56,030 nt of DNA, taken from a virus (Duplodnaviria > Caudoviricetes). Of the stretch, positions 23,110 through 33,800 are shown piece by piece. Location: positions 1-56,030 of the IMG/VR virus record IMGVR_UViG_3300022744_000033; one strand, written 5' to 3'. Each line of letters begins with the position of its first letter. The stretch's first letter is position 1. The notes below the pieces were generated by a model. It worked only from the letters and a program-made list of their open reading frames with translations. It did not search any database and was not told where the DNA came from. A program made the translations under genes and the position numbers.

Positions 23110-24710
23110 AGCCCGACGTGCGCATCGGCGTGACGGTCGAGGGCCGCGACATGGCGATGGGCGGCGGCCTGCAGGGCGCGCAGACCCTGGACCGTGCGCT
23201 GGCCTCGTGGTCGCCCGACCTGCGCCCGATCGACGCCATGATCGGCCCAGGCAAGGAACTGCTGGACGCTCGCGGCCGGGACATGGCCCTGAACGACGGC
23301 TTCGTGTCGTCGGCGCAGACGCTCACCCAGGACTCGATCGTCGGCACCCAGTACGTGCTGAACGCCACGCCCAACGCGCAGATGCTGGGCCTGGAGTCGG
23401 ACGACCCGTGGCTGGAGGAGTTCCAGGCCATCACCGAGAACCGATTCAACACCCTGGGCGACTCGGACCGCAACTGGTTTGACGCCCAGCGCGTCAAGAA
23501 CTTTACCGACATCGTGCGGCTGGCCGTGGGCCAGTACGTGGTGCGGGGCGAGGTGCTGGCCGTGGCCGAGTGGATTCGCCAGGCCGACCGCCCGTTCAAG
23601 ACCGCCGTGCAGATGGTCAACCCCGACCGCCTGACGAACCCGAACGACATGGAAGACACGGTGAACATCCGGCGCGGCATCGTGCGGGATGGCTTCGGCG
23701 CACCGCAGGCCTACTGGATTCGCAAGGCGCACAAGTTCTCGCCCTACGCGGCGGCGCAGACCTACGAGTGGGCGCGCGTGGACGCCTACCTGCCGTGGGG
23801 CCGCTCGCAGGTGCTGCACATCTTCGAGCAGGCTGAGCCCGACCAGTCGCGCGGTGTCGCTGCGATGGTCAGCGTGCTCAAGGAAATGCGCATGACCCGG
23901 AAGTACCGGGACATCGTGCTGCAGAACGCCGTGGTGAACAGCATGTACGCGGCGGCGGTCGAGTCCGAACTGCCGGCCGACGTGGTGTTCGGCCAGCTGG
24001 GATCGGCGGCCAACCCCGATGTCAACACCCCGGTCATGCAGTACATGCAGGGCCTGATGAGCTACGTCGGCGAGGCCAACGGCATCCGCCTGGACGGCGC
24101 GAAGATCCCGCATTTGTACCCCGGCACCAAGCTGAAGATGATCCCCGCCGGCCAGATCGGGGACACGAAATATGAGCAGTCGCTGCTGCGCCACCTTGCC
24201 GCCGCGTTCGGCATGAGCTACGAGGAATTCAGCCGCGACTTCAGCCAGACGAACTACTCGTCGGCCCGCGCCGCCATGATGATGTCCTGGCGGCACATGA
24301 CTGCCAAGAAACGCAAGGCGGCGGACGGCACGGCGCGCTGGGTCTACGGCCTGTGGCTGGAAGAACAGATCAACATGGGAGAAATTCCCATGCCGCCTGG
24401 GATGACCGCCCAGGACTTCTATCGCCCCGGCGTGCGCGAGGCCCTGTCCGCCAGCACCTGGATCGGCGCGGCGCGCGGCCAGATCGACGAGGGCAAGGAA
24501 ACCGACGCAGCGCTCAAGCGCGTGGCCGGTGGCCTGTCGACCCTGGAGGACGAACTGGCCCGGCTCGGCAAGGATTGGCGCGTGGTCATCCCGCAACTGG
24601 CCCGCGAGAAGAAACTGCTGTCCAAGTACGGCATCACGCTGGCATCGGCCGACATGACCGTGACCCCGCCTGACCAGCCGGCGGCGCAACCCACTCAGGC
24701 CCAGCCATGA
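23100..24710 (+). CDS. Portal protein (lambda family)
   Basis: ARGRDM..N, GEVL, VLHIFE...QSRGV, DFSQTNYSSARA motifs. Confidence 0.92.
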   Translation: MAVKPDVRIGVTVEGRDMAMGGGLQGAQTLDRALASWSPDLRPIDAMIGPGKELLDARGRDMALNDGFVSSAQTLTQDSIVGTQYVLNATPNAQMLGLESDDPWLEEFQAITENRFNTLGDSDRNWFDAQRVKNFTDIVRLAVGQYVVRGEVLAVAEWIRQADRPFKTAVQMVNPDRLTNPNDMEDTVNIRRGIVRDGFGAPQAYWIRKAHKFSPYAAAQTYEWARVDAYLPWGRSQVLHIFEQAEPDQSRGVAAMVSVLKEMRMTRKYRDIVLQNAVVNSMYAAAVESELPADVVFGQLGSAANPDVNTPVMQYMQGLMSYVGEANGIRLDGAKIPHLYPGTKLKMIPAGQIGDTKYEQSLLRHLAAAFGMSYEEFSRDFSQTNYSSARAAMMMSWRHMTAKKRKAADGTARWVYGLWLEEQINMGEIPMPPGMTAQDFYRPGVREALSASTWIGAARGQIDEGKETDAALKRVAGGLSTLEDELARLGKDWRVVIPQLAREKKLLSKYGITLASADMTVTPPDQPAAQPTQAQP

Positions 24711-25948
24711 ACCACCACGACATCGCCACCATCGCCGCCGAGCCCCTGCTGGTCGCCCCGACGCACGCGCACGCCATGCTGGAGGCGTTGCGCCGCGAGC
24801 CGGGCGCGGAAGCCTACGACCATGCGCTCGACGTGGCGGCGGTCTACGGCGTGACGCCCAGCGCGCCCGAGAAGGCTTTCGCGTTCGCCGATGGCGTCGC
24901 GTTCATCCCGGTGCGCGGCTCGCTGATGAACCGCACGACCGCCAGCTACTCGTGGGTCACGGGTTACAAGGGCATCATCCAGCGCGTCGCGGCGGCCGTG
25001 GCCGACCCGGACGTGCGCGGCATCGTGCTGGACGTGGACAGCTACGGCGGCGAGGCTGCGGGCTGCTTCGAGTGTGCCGCCGAGGTGCGCGCCATGATCC
25101 GCGAGTCGGGCAAGCCCAGCTTGGCGATGGTCGACAGCAACGCCTACAGCGCCGGCTACGCGCTGGCCGTGGCAGCTGACCGCGTGGCCATCATCCCGTC
25201 CGGCGGCGCGGGCAGCATCGGCGTCATCACGATGCACGTCGACTTCAGCAAGGCGCTGGACAACTACGGCGTCAAGTACACCCTGATCTACTCGGGCAAG
25301 CACAAGGCGGACGGCAACCCCTATGAAGCCCTGCCCGACGACGTGCGCGCTGCCACCCAGGCCCGGGTGGACAGCAAGCGCGAGGCGTTCATCGCCCACG
25401 TTGCCGCCATGCGCAGCATGGACCCGCAGCGCGTGCGCGACACGGAAGCCGATGCCTACGAGGCCGGCAAGGCGCTTGAATTGGGCCTCGTGGACGCCGT
25501 GATGACCGCGCCCGCCGCTCTGGCACAATTCCAGTCGAATCTTCCCGCACCATCCGGTGCTTTCTTCATGGAGGCCAACATGGCTGACCCGACCGCCCCG
25601 GACGTTGCGACCGTCCAAGCCGATGCACGCAGCGCCGAGAAGGCGCGTTGCGCTGCCATCCTCAACCATGCCGAAGCCGCCGGCCGCGCCGATCTGGCCG
25701 CGCACCTGGCCTTCGAGACGGACATGAGCGCCGACCAAGCCGCCACCATGCTGGCGAAGGCCCCGCGCGCTGCAGCCGCCGCGCCGGCCGCTGCCGCCAC
25801 CGCGAACCCGCTGGAGGCCGCGATGGCCGCCAAGGGCACCCCTGGTGTCGGTGCGGATGACGCCGCCGGCACCACCGCACCCAAGGCCGACAGCGCGGAG
25901 TTCCTGCTGGCGTCCCTGGCCCTTGCCACCGGCCAAAAGGCCGGCTGA
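24707..25948 (+). CDS. S49 family head maturation protease with C-terminal scaffold region
   Basis: LDVDSYGG, AYSAGY, GSIGV, GKHKADGNPY, GLVD; Ala-rich C-terminus with a possible internal start (GGAGG before MADP). Confidence 0.9.
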   Translation: MNHHDIATIAAEPLLVAPTHAHAMLEALRREPGAEAYDHALDVAAVYGVTPSAPEKAFAFADGVAFIPVRGSLMNRTTASYSWVTGYKGIIQRVAAAVADPDVRGIVLDVDSYGGEAAGCFECAAEVRAMIRESGKPSLAMVDSNAYSAGYALAVAADRVAIIPSGGAGSIGVITMHVDFSKALDNYGVKYTLIYSGKHKADGNPYEALPDDVRAATQARVDSKREAFIAHVAAMRSMDPQRVRDTEADAYEAGKALELGLVDAVMTAPAALAQFQSNLPAPSGAFFMEANMADPTAPDVATVQADARSAEKARCAAILNHAEAAGRADLAAHLAFETDMSADQAATMLAKAPRAAAAAPAAAATANPLEAAMAAKGTPGVGADDAAGTTAPKADSAEFLLASLALATGQKAG

Positions 25949-25968
25949 TCGTCACCTAGGAGCCCATC

Positions 25969-26364
25969 ATGGCTGACACCCCGATCGTTTCGTACTCGTC
26001 CGCCGCTGGCCCCGTCCACGGTGACATCTTCGCCGGCTCGTCCGACGTCATCACCAAGCCGGGCACCCTCGTGTCCGGCCAGGGCACGGTCGTTCGCGGC
26101 CAGGTCCTGGGTCTGGTGACCGCCTCGGGCAAGTTCGCCAAGCACAACCCCAGCGCGACCAACGGCTCGCAGACCGCGGTGGCCATCGCCGCGTTCCCGG
26201 CCGACGCCACCAGCGCGGACGCGGCCCTGGCCGTGTACGTGGCCGGCGAGTTCGCGATGGACCTGCTGGTGTGGCACGCCGACACCGACACCGAGGCCGA
26301 GCGCCTCGCAGCCTTCGCCATCGGCTCGCCGATCGTGGTGAAGAAGCGCTACTTCAGCGCCTGA
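25969..26364 (+). CDS. Head decoration protein (gpD-like)
   Basis: Between protease and capsid; RGQVLG...GSQTAVAI...GEF. Confidence 0.8.
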   Translation: MADTPIVSYSSAAGPVHGDIFAGSSDVITKPGTLVSGQGTVVRGQVLGLVTASGKFAKHNPSATNGSQTAVAIAAFPADATSADAALAVYVAGEFAMDLLVWHADTDTEAERLAAFAIGSPIVVKKRYFSA

Positions 26365-26392
26365 TCGACCACCCCAGCAACAGGAGCCCATC

Positions 26393-27421
26393 ATGGCCGA
26401 TACCTTCTCGACTGACACCCTGCTGGGTGTGGTCCGTACCGTCAAGCCGACCAGCCTGAACTTCTGGCTGTCGATCGCTTTCCCCCGTGTGGTCACCAGC
26501 ACCGACCAGACGATCAACTTCGACACCGTGACTCGTTCGCGCCGCATGGCCGCGTTCGTGGCCCCGACCCTCGCGGGCGTGGTGCAGACGGCCGAGGGCT
26601 TCAGCACGAAGACCTTCAAGCCGGCCTACCTCAAGCCGAAGGACATCGTGGACCCGAACCACCTGTTCAAGCGCATGGCCGGCGAGGCGTTCGGCGGCAC
26701 CATGTCGCCGGATCAGCGCCGCGCCGCCATCGTGGCTGACCTGCTGGCCACGCAGCGCGAGATGATTGAGCGCCGCTGGGAATGGATGGCCGCCCAGGTC
26801 GTCCTGAACGGCTCCGTGGTCGTCGCGGGCGAGAACTACCCGAGCGTCACCGTGGACTTCGGCCGTGCCGGTGGCCACACCGTCACGCTGGGCAGCGGCT
26901 CGCGCTGGGGTGACTCGGGTATCGTCCCGCTCGACAACATCGAGACGTGGAGCGAAACCGTGTTCCAGGCGTCCGGCTTCGCGCCGACCCTGGTGGTCAT
27001 GGGCTCGACGGCCTGGACGGCGTTCCGCAACAGCACCGACCTGTCGGCCAAGCTGGACATCCGCCGGGGCACGAACCTGAACATCAACATCGGCCCGGGT
27101 TCCGGCGAGGCCATCCAGTACCGCGGCAGCGACGGTGTGCGCGAATACTGGACCTACAACGACTTCTACGAGGACGCATCGGGCACCCCGACCCGCATGA
27201 TGGACCCCCGCGATGTCGTGCTGCTGAACCCGGCCGGTGTCGACGGCGTGCGTGCCTTCGGTGCCATCCTGGACCCGCGTGCGGGCTACCAGGCGCTCCC
27301 GATCTACCCGAAGAACTGGATCGCTGAAGATCCGGCCGCCGAGTACATCATGAGCCAGTCGGCCCCGCTGATGGTCCCGGGCCGCCCCGACGCCACGTTC
27401 AAGGCCCGCGTGGTCGCCTGA
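26393..27421 (+). CDS. Major capsid protein (lambda gpE family)
   Basis: MAAFVAP, FKPAYLKPK, RRWEWMAAQ, VDFGR, QSAPL motifs. Confidence 0.92.
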   Translation: MADTFSTDTLLGVVRTVKPTSLNFWLSIAFPRVVTSTDQTINFDTVTRSRRMAAFVAPTLAGVVQTAEGFSTKTFKPAYLKPKDIVDPNHLFKRMAGEAFGGTMSPDQRRAAIVADLLATQREMIERRWEWMAAQVVLNGSVVVAGENYPSVTVDFGRAGGHTVTLGSGSRWGDSGIVPLDNIETWSETVFQASGFAPTLVVMGSTAWTAFRNSTDLSAKLDIRRGTNLNINIGPGSGEAIQYRGSDGVREYWTYNDFYEDASGTPTRMMDPRDVVLLNPAGVDGVRAFGAILDPRAGYQALPIYPKNWIAEDPAAEYIMSQSAPLMVPGRPDATFKARVVA

Positions 27422-27429
27422 TGACCCGA

Positions 27430-27452
27430 GGCCCCTGGCGCAAGCTGGGGGC
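27430..27452 (+). terminator. Hairpin after the capsid gene
   Basis: GGCCCCTGGC-GCAA-GCTGGGGGCC-like stem-loop; weak U-tract. Confidence 0.4.
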
Positions 27453-27473
27453 CTATCCACTTCGGAGACTCGC

Positions 27474-27710
27474 ATGGCACTGAAGATCGAAATGGTGGCC
27501 CTGACCACCGTGACGCTGGGCAAGCCCGGCGCGCAAGTGAACGTCGCCCCGGGCGAGAAGTTCACCCTGGACGACGGCAAGGAAGCCAAGTGGCTCGTGG
27601 AAGCCGGTGCGGCCCTGCTGCTGGGCGAGGCCGAGGCGCAAGCCAAGGTCAAGGCCAAGGCCCCCAAGGGTGCTGAAGTCGCGCCCACGGTCGACGCGCC
27701 GCAGGAGTGA
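27474..27710 (+). CDS. Small capsid-region hypothetical protein
   Basis: GGAG RBS; position after the capsid gene. Confidence 0.65.
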   Translation: MALKIEMVALTTVTLGKPGAQVNVAPGEKFTLDDGKEAKWLVEAGAALLLGEAEAQAKVKAKAPKGAEVAPTVDAPQE

Positions 27711-27713
27711 CGC

Positions 27714-28052
27714 ATGGGCTGGGCTGACATCCGATCGACTGCACGCTCCGTCGTGCATGAGACGTTTGGCCTGGCCGCTACCTATTTGCCGCCGGGCGTT
27801 GACCCGGTGCTGGTGGAAGGGCTGGCCGTGCGCTGGCACACCCGCACCGTCCGCCACGGCGATCTGGACCGCGAGGGCTACGCCCAGGTCCAGGAAGACG
27901 TCAACCGGCTGATGATCGACACGGCGCAGGTCGCCGACCCGCAGCGCGGGGGGATCATCACGCTGACCGACGACGGCCGGCAGTACCGCATCGATTACGT
28001 GCTGCCCTACGACGGGGCGTTCGCGCCCTGCGACGTCGTGCAGGTGCCGTGA
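27714..28052 (+). CDS. Head-tail joining protein (FII-like)
   Basis: Synteny; R..VHETF...A.Y pattern. Confidence 0.65.
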   Translation: MGWADIRSTARSVVHETFGLAATYLPPGVDPVLVEGLAVRWHTRTVRHGDLDREGYAQVQEDVNRLMIDTAQVADPQRGGIITLTDDGRQYRIDYVLPYDGAFAPCDVVQVP

Positions 28053-28636
28053 TGCTGGTCGTCGCTGGCAAGGGCATTGACGCGCTGGACCGCTACATCG
28101 CCCGCCTGGGCGACGGGGCGAACAAGGCCGCTGTCATGGCCGTCAACGACACCGCCGACTGGGCGCGCACGCGCATCAAGCGCCAGATGCAAGCCGAGGT
28201 GACGCTGGCCGAGTCCGCGTTCTCTAACCGGCAGTTCTACGTCAGCCGCCGCGCCAACACGGCCGACCTGCAGGCCATCCTGACCGCGAGCCGCCAGCCC
28301 TACAGCCTGAGCCGGTTCAAGGTCGGCGACGTGGGATTCGGCCCGAGCGCCGGCCCCGTCAAGGTCCGCATCAAGGCCGGTGGATCTACGGTCAACCTCA
28401 AGCGCGCCTTCTACGTGCGCGCACCGAACGGTGCCGTGGGCATCGCGGTGCGCTCCAAGCAGCCCCTGGACAACTCCCGGGGCGCTCGCCGCATCAAGGG
28501 CACGGACGTCTACGTCCTGTTCGGCCCGAGCCCGGACCAGCTGATGCGCCGCCTCGCGCCCGCATCGGTGCCGGACGTCGAGAACTACCTGAACCGCGAG
28601 TTCTCGCGGCAGATCGTGAGGGTCATCAATGGCTGA
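28049..28636 (+). CDS. Neck/tail completion protein (gpZ-like)
   Basis: Basic protein, AVNDTA...LFGPSPDQ; synteny. Confidence 0.65.
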   Translation: MMLVVAGKGIDALDRYIARLGDGANKAAVMAVNDTADWARTRIKRQMQAEVTLAESAFSNRQFYVSRRANTADLQAILTASRQPYSLSRFKVGDVGFGPSAGPVKVRIKAGGSTVNLKRAFYVRAPNGAVGIAVRSKQPLDNSRGARRIKGTDVYVLFGPSPDQLMRRLAPASVPDVENYLNREFSRQIVRVING

Positions 28637-29123
28637 CAGCAAGCGCCTGGCAATCGCCAAGGCTCTGACCAACGTGCTGGAAACCGAGGTCGCAGTTGCG
28701 AATGGTTATCAACACGATCTGGCCGGCAAGGTGCATCGCGGTCGGATCACCTTCAGCGCGCGTGAGGCCATGCCTCGCGTGGTGCTCATGGAGACGCTGA
28801 ACCCCGACCGGGAGCCGATCCGCGCAGGCTGGCAACCCACGCAGAAGGACAGCTTGATCCTGCTGCTGCAGGGGCACGCCGAGGACGACCAGGATCACCC
28901 GACCGACCCGGCGCACCTGCTGATGGCTGACATCAAGAAGGCCTTGGCCCGCATCATGCTGACCACCAGCCCGTACTTCCGCCTGGGTGGGCTCATCGCC
29001 GACTTCAACATGGAGCCCGGCATCGTGCGCCCGCCGGACGATCTGTCCAGCATGGCATACTTCTACATGCGTGTCCGACTCGAAGTGGTCGAGCACTTGG
29101 CTGACCCGTATCGCCTCAACTGA
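28629..29123 (+). CDS. Tail terminator protein
   Basis: NGYQHDL...V.RGR..F; DHPTDPAHLLMAD; directly before the major tail gene. Confidence 0.65.
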   Translation: MADSKRLAIAKALTNVLETEVAVANGYQHDLAGKVHRGRITFSAREAMPRVVLMETLNPDREPIRAGWQPTQKDSLILLLQGHAEDDQDHPTDPAHLLMADIKKALARIMLTTSPYFRLGGLIADFNMEPGIVRPPDDLSSMAYFYMRVRLEVVEHLADPYRLN

Positions 29124-29142
29124 GGTTTTCTAGGAGCACACC

Positions 29143-29937
29143 ATGGCATTCACCCATGCTGCCGACGACATCACCCTCGGTCGTGGCGAACTCTATTTCT
29201 TCCCGTTCCTGGCCGGCACCACCACGCCGTCCAAGGATGGCCGCTACTTCGGCAACACCCCGGGCTTCAACCTGTCGGCGTCCGTCGAGAAGCTGGCCCA
29301 CTTCAGCGCCGACCGCGGCCTGAAGGTGAAGGATCGCAACGTCACGCTGTCGGTGGACTACACCGGCACGATGGAATGCGACAACATCAACGCCGACAAC
29401 CTGGCGCTGTTCTTCATGGGTGGGAAGTCGACCGTCACCCAGGGTGCGCTGACCGCACAGACCGAAACCTTCGCTGGCGGCACGCTGTCGGCTGGTGCCT
29501 ACATCCAACTGGGCGTGACCGATGCGAACCCGCAGGGCTACCGCAACGTGACCGTTGACACCGTGACGCTGGGTGGGGTGGCCCAGGTGCTCGGGACGGA
29601 CTACGAACTGGACGAGGCCGCCGGTCAGATCCACCTGCTGGGCGGAATTGACTTGGAGGGCCTGGACCTGGACCCCCTCGTCGTCACCTACGATGTCGCC
29701 GCCAGCACCCGCGAGCGCGTCATCAGCGCCGGCACGGAAGCCAAGGGCGTCCTCAAGCTGGTGTCGTTCAACCCCGAGGGCACCAAGCGCGACTACCTGC
29801 TGCCCAGCGTGACGATCACCCCCAACGGTGACTTCGCGCTCAAGGGCGACGACTGGCAGGTCATGTCCTTCAACCTGGAAGTGCTGGCCAAGAACAGCAC
29901 GACCGCCGCCGTCTACATTGACGGTCGCCCCGCCTGA
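29143..29937 (+). CDS. Major tail tube protein
   Basis: LGRGELYF...YFGNTPGF...ITPNGDFALKGDDWQ pattern; followed by a terminator and the chaperone genes. Confidence 0.8.
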   Translation: MAFTHAADDITLGRGELYFFPFLAGTTTPSKDGRYFGNTPGFNLSASVEKLAHFSADRGLKVKDRNVTLSVDYTGTMECDNINADNLALFFMGGKSTVTQGALTAQTETFAGGTLSAGAYIQLGVTDANPQGYRNVTVDTVTLGGVAQVLGTDYELDEAAGQIHLLGGIDLEGLDLDPLVVTYDVAASTRERVISAGTEAKGVLKLVSFNPEGTKRDYLLPSVTITPNGDFALKGDDWQVMSFNLEVLAKNSTTAAVYIDGRPA

Positions 29938-29959
29938 TTTCCTCTGTGAGTGGACCTTG

Positions 29960-29983
29960 GGGAGCCTTCGGGCTCCCTTTTTT
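29960..29983 (+). terminator. Intrinsic terminator
   Basis: GGGAGCC-TTCG-GGCTCCC followed by TTTTTT. Confidence 0.85.
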
Positions 29984-30049
29984 CATGGGCGCTTGACGGC
30001 CGGGGCGTGTACGCCGTAAACTATGTTTACCATAACCCGAGGCCGTCAC

Positions 30050-30205
30050 ATGTCCATCATCCCCTTCCTCACGCTACCCGTCGCCATCGTGTGCTTTGTC
30101 GTGGCGCGCGGGGCGTACCGCAGCAACAGCCGCATGACGGTCCCGCTCCTGTTCCTCGGGGCGTTCAACACCGCCATGTTCTTCGCCAGCATCATCCCCC
30201 ACTGA
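30050..30205 (+). CDS. Small two-TM membrane protein (moron-like)
   Basis: GAGG RBS; upstream TTGACG...TAAACT promoter-like sequence after the terminator. Confidence 0.5.
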   Translation: MSIIPFLTLPVAIVCFVVARGAYRSNSRMTVPLLFLGAFNTAMFFASIIPH

Positions 30206-30208
30206 GCC

Positions 30209-30637
30209 ATGTCCCTCTCCAACATCGTCATCCCCCGCCGCACCATCGCCATCCCGGGCTCCCCCGAGCCGCTGGTGGTCCGTGGCCTCTCGTCGTTCGA
30301 CTTCAGCCTGCTGCTGACGAACCGCCGCGAGGACTTCCTGGCCGCCATCGGCGTGTTCCAGTCCAACCAGGACAACCCGACCGAGGCCGCCATCGAACTC
30401 GTGCGCATCCTGCCGACCCTGGTGGCCCTGGGCATCGCCCTGGCCGCCGATGAGCCCGAGGCCGTGGGCAAGGCCGCGCAACTGCCCGCGCCAATCCAGA
30501 TCCAGGCCTTGCTGGACATCGCCGAGTTGACCGTGAGCGACCCGGGTGCCCTCCCAAACTTGGCGGGGCGTCTGCGCAACATGGTGGCCGGGGCCGCCGC
30601 AGCCGCCCGGGTGCCGACCCCCTCGCTTGGCTCCTAA
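30209..30637 (+). CDS. Tail assembly chaperone (G-like)
   Basis: Between the tail tube and tape measure genes; VRGLS..D motif; contains a slippery site. Confidence 0.75.
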   Translation: MSLSNIVIPRRTIAIPGSPEPLVVRGLSSFDFSLLLTNRREDFLAAIGVFQSNQDNPTEAAIELVRILPTLVALGIALAADEPEAVGKAAQLPAPIQIQALLDIAELTVSDPGALPNLAGRLRNMVAGAAAAARVPTPSLGS

Positions 30638-30858
30638 GAGTTCGCCGGCAGGTCAGCCTGCTGATGGCCGAGGGTCACCCCGACGCGGCCCGCTATCCCT
30701 TGGGGATCTTGTGGACTGAGGCGACAATCGCCACCCAACGAGTCAACCAGCGCCATGTGACCGACGCCCTGCTGGTGCAGGGGGCCATCGGGTCGGCGCT
30801 GGGCGGCGGGAAAGAGTTCGGCAAGATGGTCAAGGGGCTACAGCATGGCGACGAGTGA
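30553..30858 (+). CDS. Tail assembly chaperone -1 frameshift extension (GT-like)
   Basis: In-phase heptamer C CCA AAC at 30553-30559. The -1 frame is open to 30858 and includes WLLRVRRQVSLLMAEGHPDAARYPLG. Confidence 0.7.
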   Translation, partial: PKLGGASAQHGGRGRRSRPGADPLAWLLRVRRQVSLLMAEGHPDAARYPLGILWTEATIATQRVNQRHVTDALLVQGAIGSALGGGKEFGKMVKGLQHGDE

Positions 30859-33800
30859 GAACAGTGTCGATCTGGTCATCCGGGCCAAGGATCTGACCAG
30901 CAAGACGCTGGACGAACTGCAGGCAACCCTGGGCCGGCTGACCGGAGGGCTTGACGCCCTTGAGGCGGCTGGCGGCCCGGCCACGCGGACCTTCCGCGAA
31001 CTGTCGATCGCGGCCGAGGACTTCAAGAAAGTCGCCAACGAACTCACGGCACGCCGAGGGCTGGCCGAGCAGTTCATGGAGGCAGGCAAGGCCGCCACCC
31101 AGGCCCGCGAGGGCGTGGACGCCGCCAAGGCCGCCATCAAGCAGTTCCAGGACACCCTGGAGGCTGGCAAGCGCAAGACCGACGACCAGAAGGCGGCGCT
31201 GGCCGCGCTCAACGCCACGCTGAAGGAGCAGGAGCGCCTGCTGAAGTCGGCGATCACCGCCGAGAACGCCGCCAAGCGCGGCGCGGAACTGCGCGGCATC
31301 AGCATCCAGGAACTGGTCGACGGCTACGACGCGCTGGTGCAGGCCGAGAAGCGCGCCGATGACGCGGCGGTGCAGGCCGAGGCGAACATGCGCCGCCGGG
31401 ACGAGGCGGTGCGCGCAGCTGCGGCCAAGCGCAAGGCGGACGAGGAAGCGGAGGCGATCCGCCGCAAGGCCCTGGCCGAGCAGGAAGCGAGCATCGCCCG
31501 CGACGTGCTGGCGATCAAGGAACGGCTGGCCGCTGCCGATGCTGCCGTGTCCGCCCAGCAGGCTCGCACCGCCCAGGAACGCGCGGCCGAGCAGTCGCGC
31601 CTGGCCGCCCTGGAGAAGCAGCGGGAAACCGCGCTGGCCCAGCGCCAGAAGGAAGCGGACATCCAGAAACGCGTCCAGGAAGGACTGCGCGAGCTTGCCG
31701 CCGACGCCGAGCGCGCCGCTGCGGCCACCCAGCAGGTCAGCACCGCCGGGGTCAAGCCCGAGCCGGTGCGCAAGCTGGCCGAGGAAATGCGCGGGCTGGT
31801 GGACCCTGCGAGCAAGGCCGTCCAGTCGCTCACCGCGGTCGAGGACACGCTGCGCCAGGTCGACGCACTGCAGGCCAAGGCCGCCAAGGGCGCGAGCCTG
31901 GGTGCGGACGAAACGCGGGCGCTGGCCACCGGATACCGCTTCCTGGGTGACGCCATCAAGTCCGTGCAGGGGCAGGCCGCCCTGGTCGACAGCTTCGCGC
32001 AAGCCCAGGCCGAGGCCGTCCGCCTGGAGGCTGAACTGGCCGCCGTGCGCACACGCCTGCTGGATCTGGCCCAGGCCGCCCGCACCGCCGAGGCCGAGGA
32101 CGCCGGCCTGCAGCGCAGCATCCGCGAGTCGAGCGCCGAGGCGCTTCGGCTCACCAAGGCCCTGGAGACGACCCAGGGCACCGTGCAGCGGTACGGCCGG
32201 CAGTTGGCCGACGCGGGCATCGACACCGGCAAGCTCAACGCCGAGCAGGAACGCCTGCTGGCCACGGCCAGCCGCCTCAAGGCGTCCTATGACGCGGCCA
32301 GCGACGCGCAGACCACCCTGGGCCGCACGGTGGCCAAGGCCAACGCCGAGCAGAAGAACGGCTTTGAGCTTCAGCGCACCAGCCTGAGCCTGTATCAGCG
32401 CATCCGTGGGCAGATCCTGTCGCTGACGGCGGCCTACGTGGGCCTGTTTGGCGTGCTGTCCGAGGCCAAGGCCGTGCTGGACACCGCCCAGGCCAACCAG
32501 CGCCTGACGACGCAGCTGGGCGTGGCGTTCGGCAACGACCCGAAGGTGGTCGCCCAGGAAATGGACTTCGTGCGCGCGAGCGCCGAGCGCCTGGGTGTGG
32601 ACCTGAAGGCGGTCGGCGCGGCCTATGGTCGGTTCGCCATCAGCGCGACCAGCGCCGGCCTGAGCATCGCCGACACCCGGCAAATCTTCGAGTCCTTCGC
32701 CACCACGACCCGCGTGTTCGGCCTGAGCGCCGACGACACGGCCGGCGTGTTCCGGGCGCTGGAGCAGTCGCTGGGCAAGGGCAAGGTGCAGGCCGAAGAA
32801 CTGCGCGGCCAGATCGCCGACCGCTTGCCAGGTGCAGTCACCACATTCGCCCGCGCGCTGGACATCCCGGTCGACCAACTCGACAAGCTGTTCGAGAAGG
32901 GCGCGATCAAAGCCCCGGCCGCCATCAAGCTGTTCGCCGACGAGTACCGCAAGAGCATCGCCGGTCAGGTGGTGCCAGCCAGCGCCCGCTTCGATGCGGA
33001 ACTGGGCCGGCTGCAGACCAGCCTGTTCAACTTCCGCACGATCGTCGCCGACTCGGGGTTCCTGGAGTCCATGACCCGGCTGGCCAAGAGCTTGACCGAG
33101 TTCCTGAAGTCCGCCGAGGGCCAGCAGTTGGCGCGTGACCTGGGCGCGGCGTTCACCCTGCTGGGCGACGCCGCCGGCTACGTGGCGCAAGCGGTGCGCG
33201 GCATGCTCGACGGCTTCCGCACGGTCGGGTCGGCGCTGGCATCGGTGCGCGATCTGGTCACGGGCGTGACGGGGCCGATGGGCGATGCCCTGGGCATCAC
33301 CGTGGACTGGAACGCCGCCATGCGCGGACTGGGCGTGGCCATCGCGTTCGTGGTCACCGGGCTGGCCGTCGCCAAGATCGCCGCCTGGGCTGATGCCGCC
33401 GTGGTCGCCGCGACCGCCACGGAGGGGCTTGCCATCTCGTTCGCTTCTCTGGGCGCGGCCATCAAGACCGTGCTGCTACCCGTGCTGGCCGCCCTGGTCG
33501 GCTTCAAGGTGGGCGAATGGCTGTACGACCAATCGCTGATGGTGCGCAAGGCCGGCGCTGCGATCGTGTCGGGTATCGCCATCGCCATCGAGGCGGTCAA
33601 GGGCGCGGCCAACATCGTCGTGGCCGGTGTGAAACTGCTGGTGCTGGAGGGCTTTGCGAGCCTCGTGTCCGCCGTCACCGACCGCATGCAGTCGCTGGGC
33701 AAGGTGCTGGCCGCTGCCGCGCGCTTCCTGGGCCTGGAGGACATGGCCGCCAAGATCGAGGCGGGCCTGGGACAGTTCGGCGCTGGCCTGGAGGACAGCC

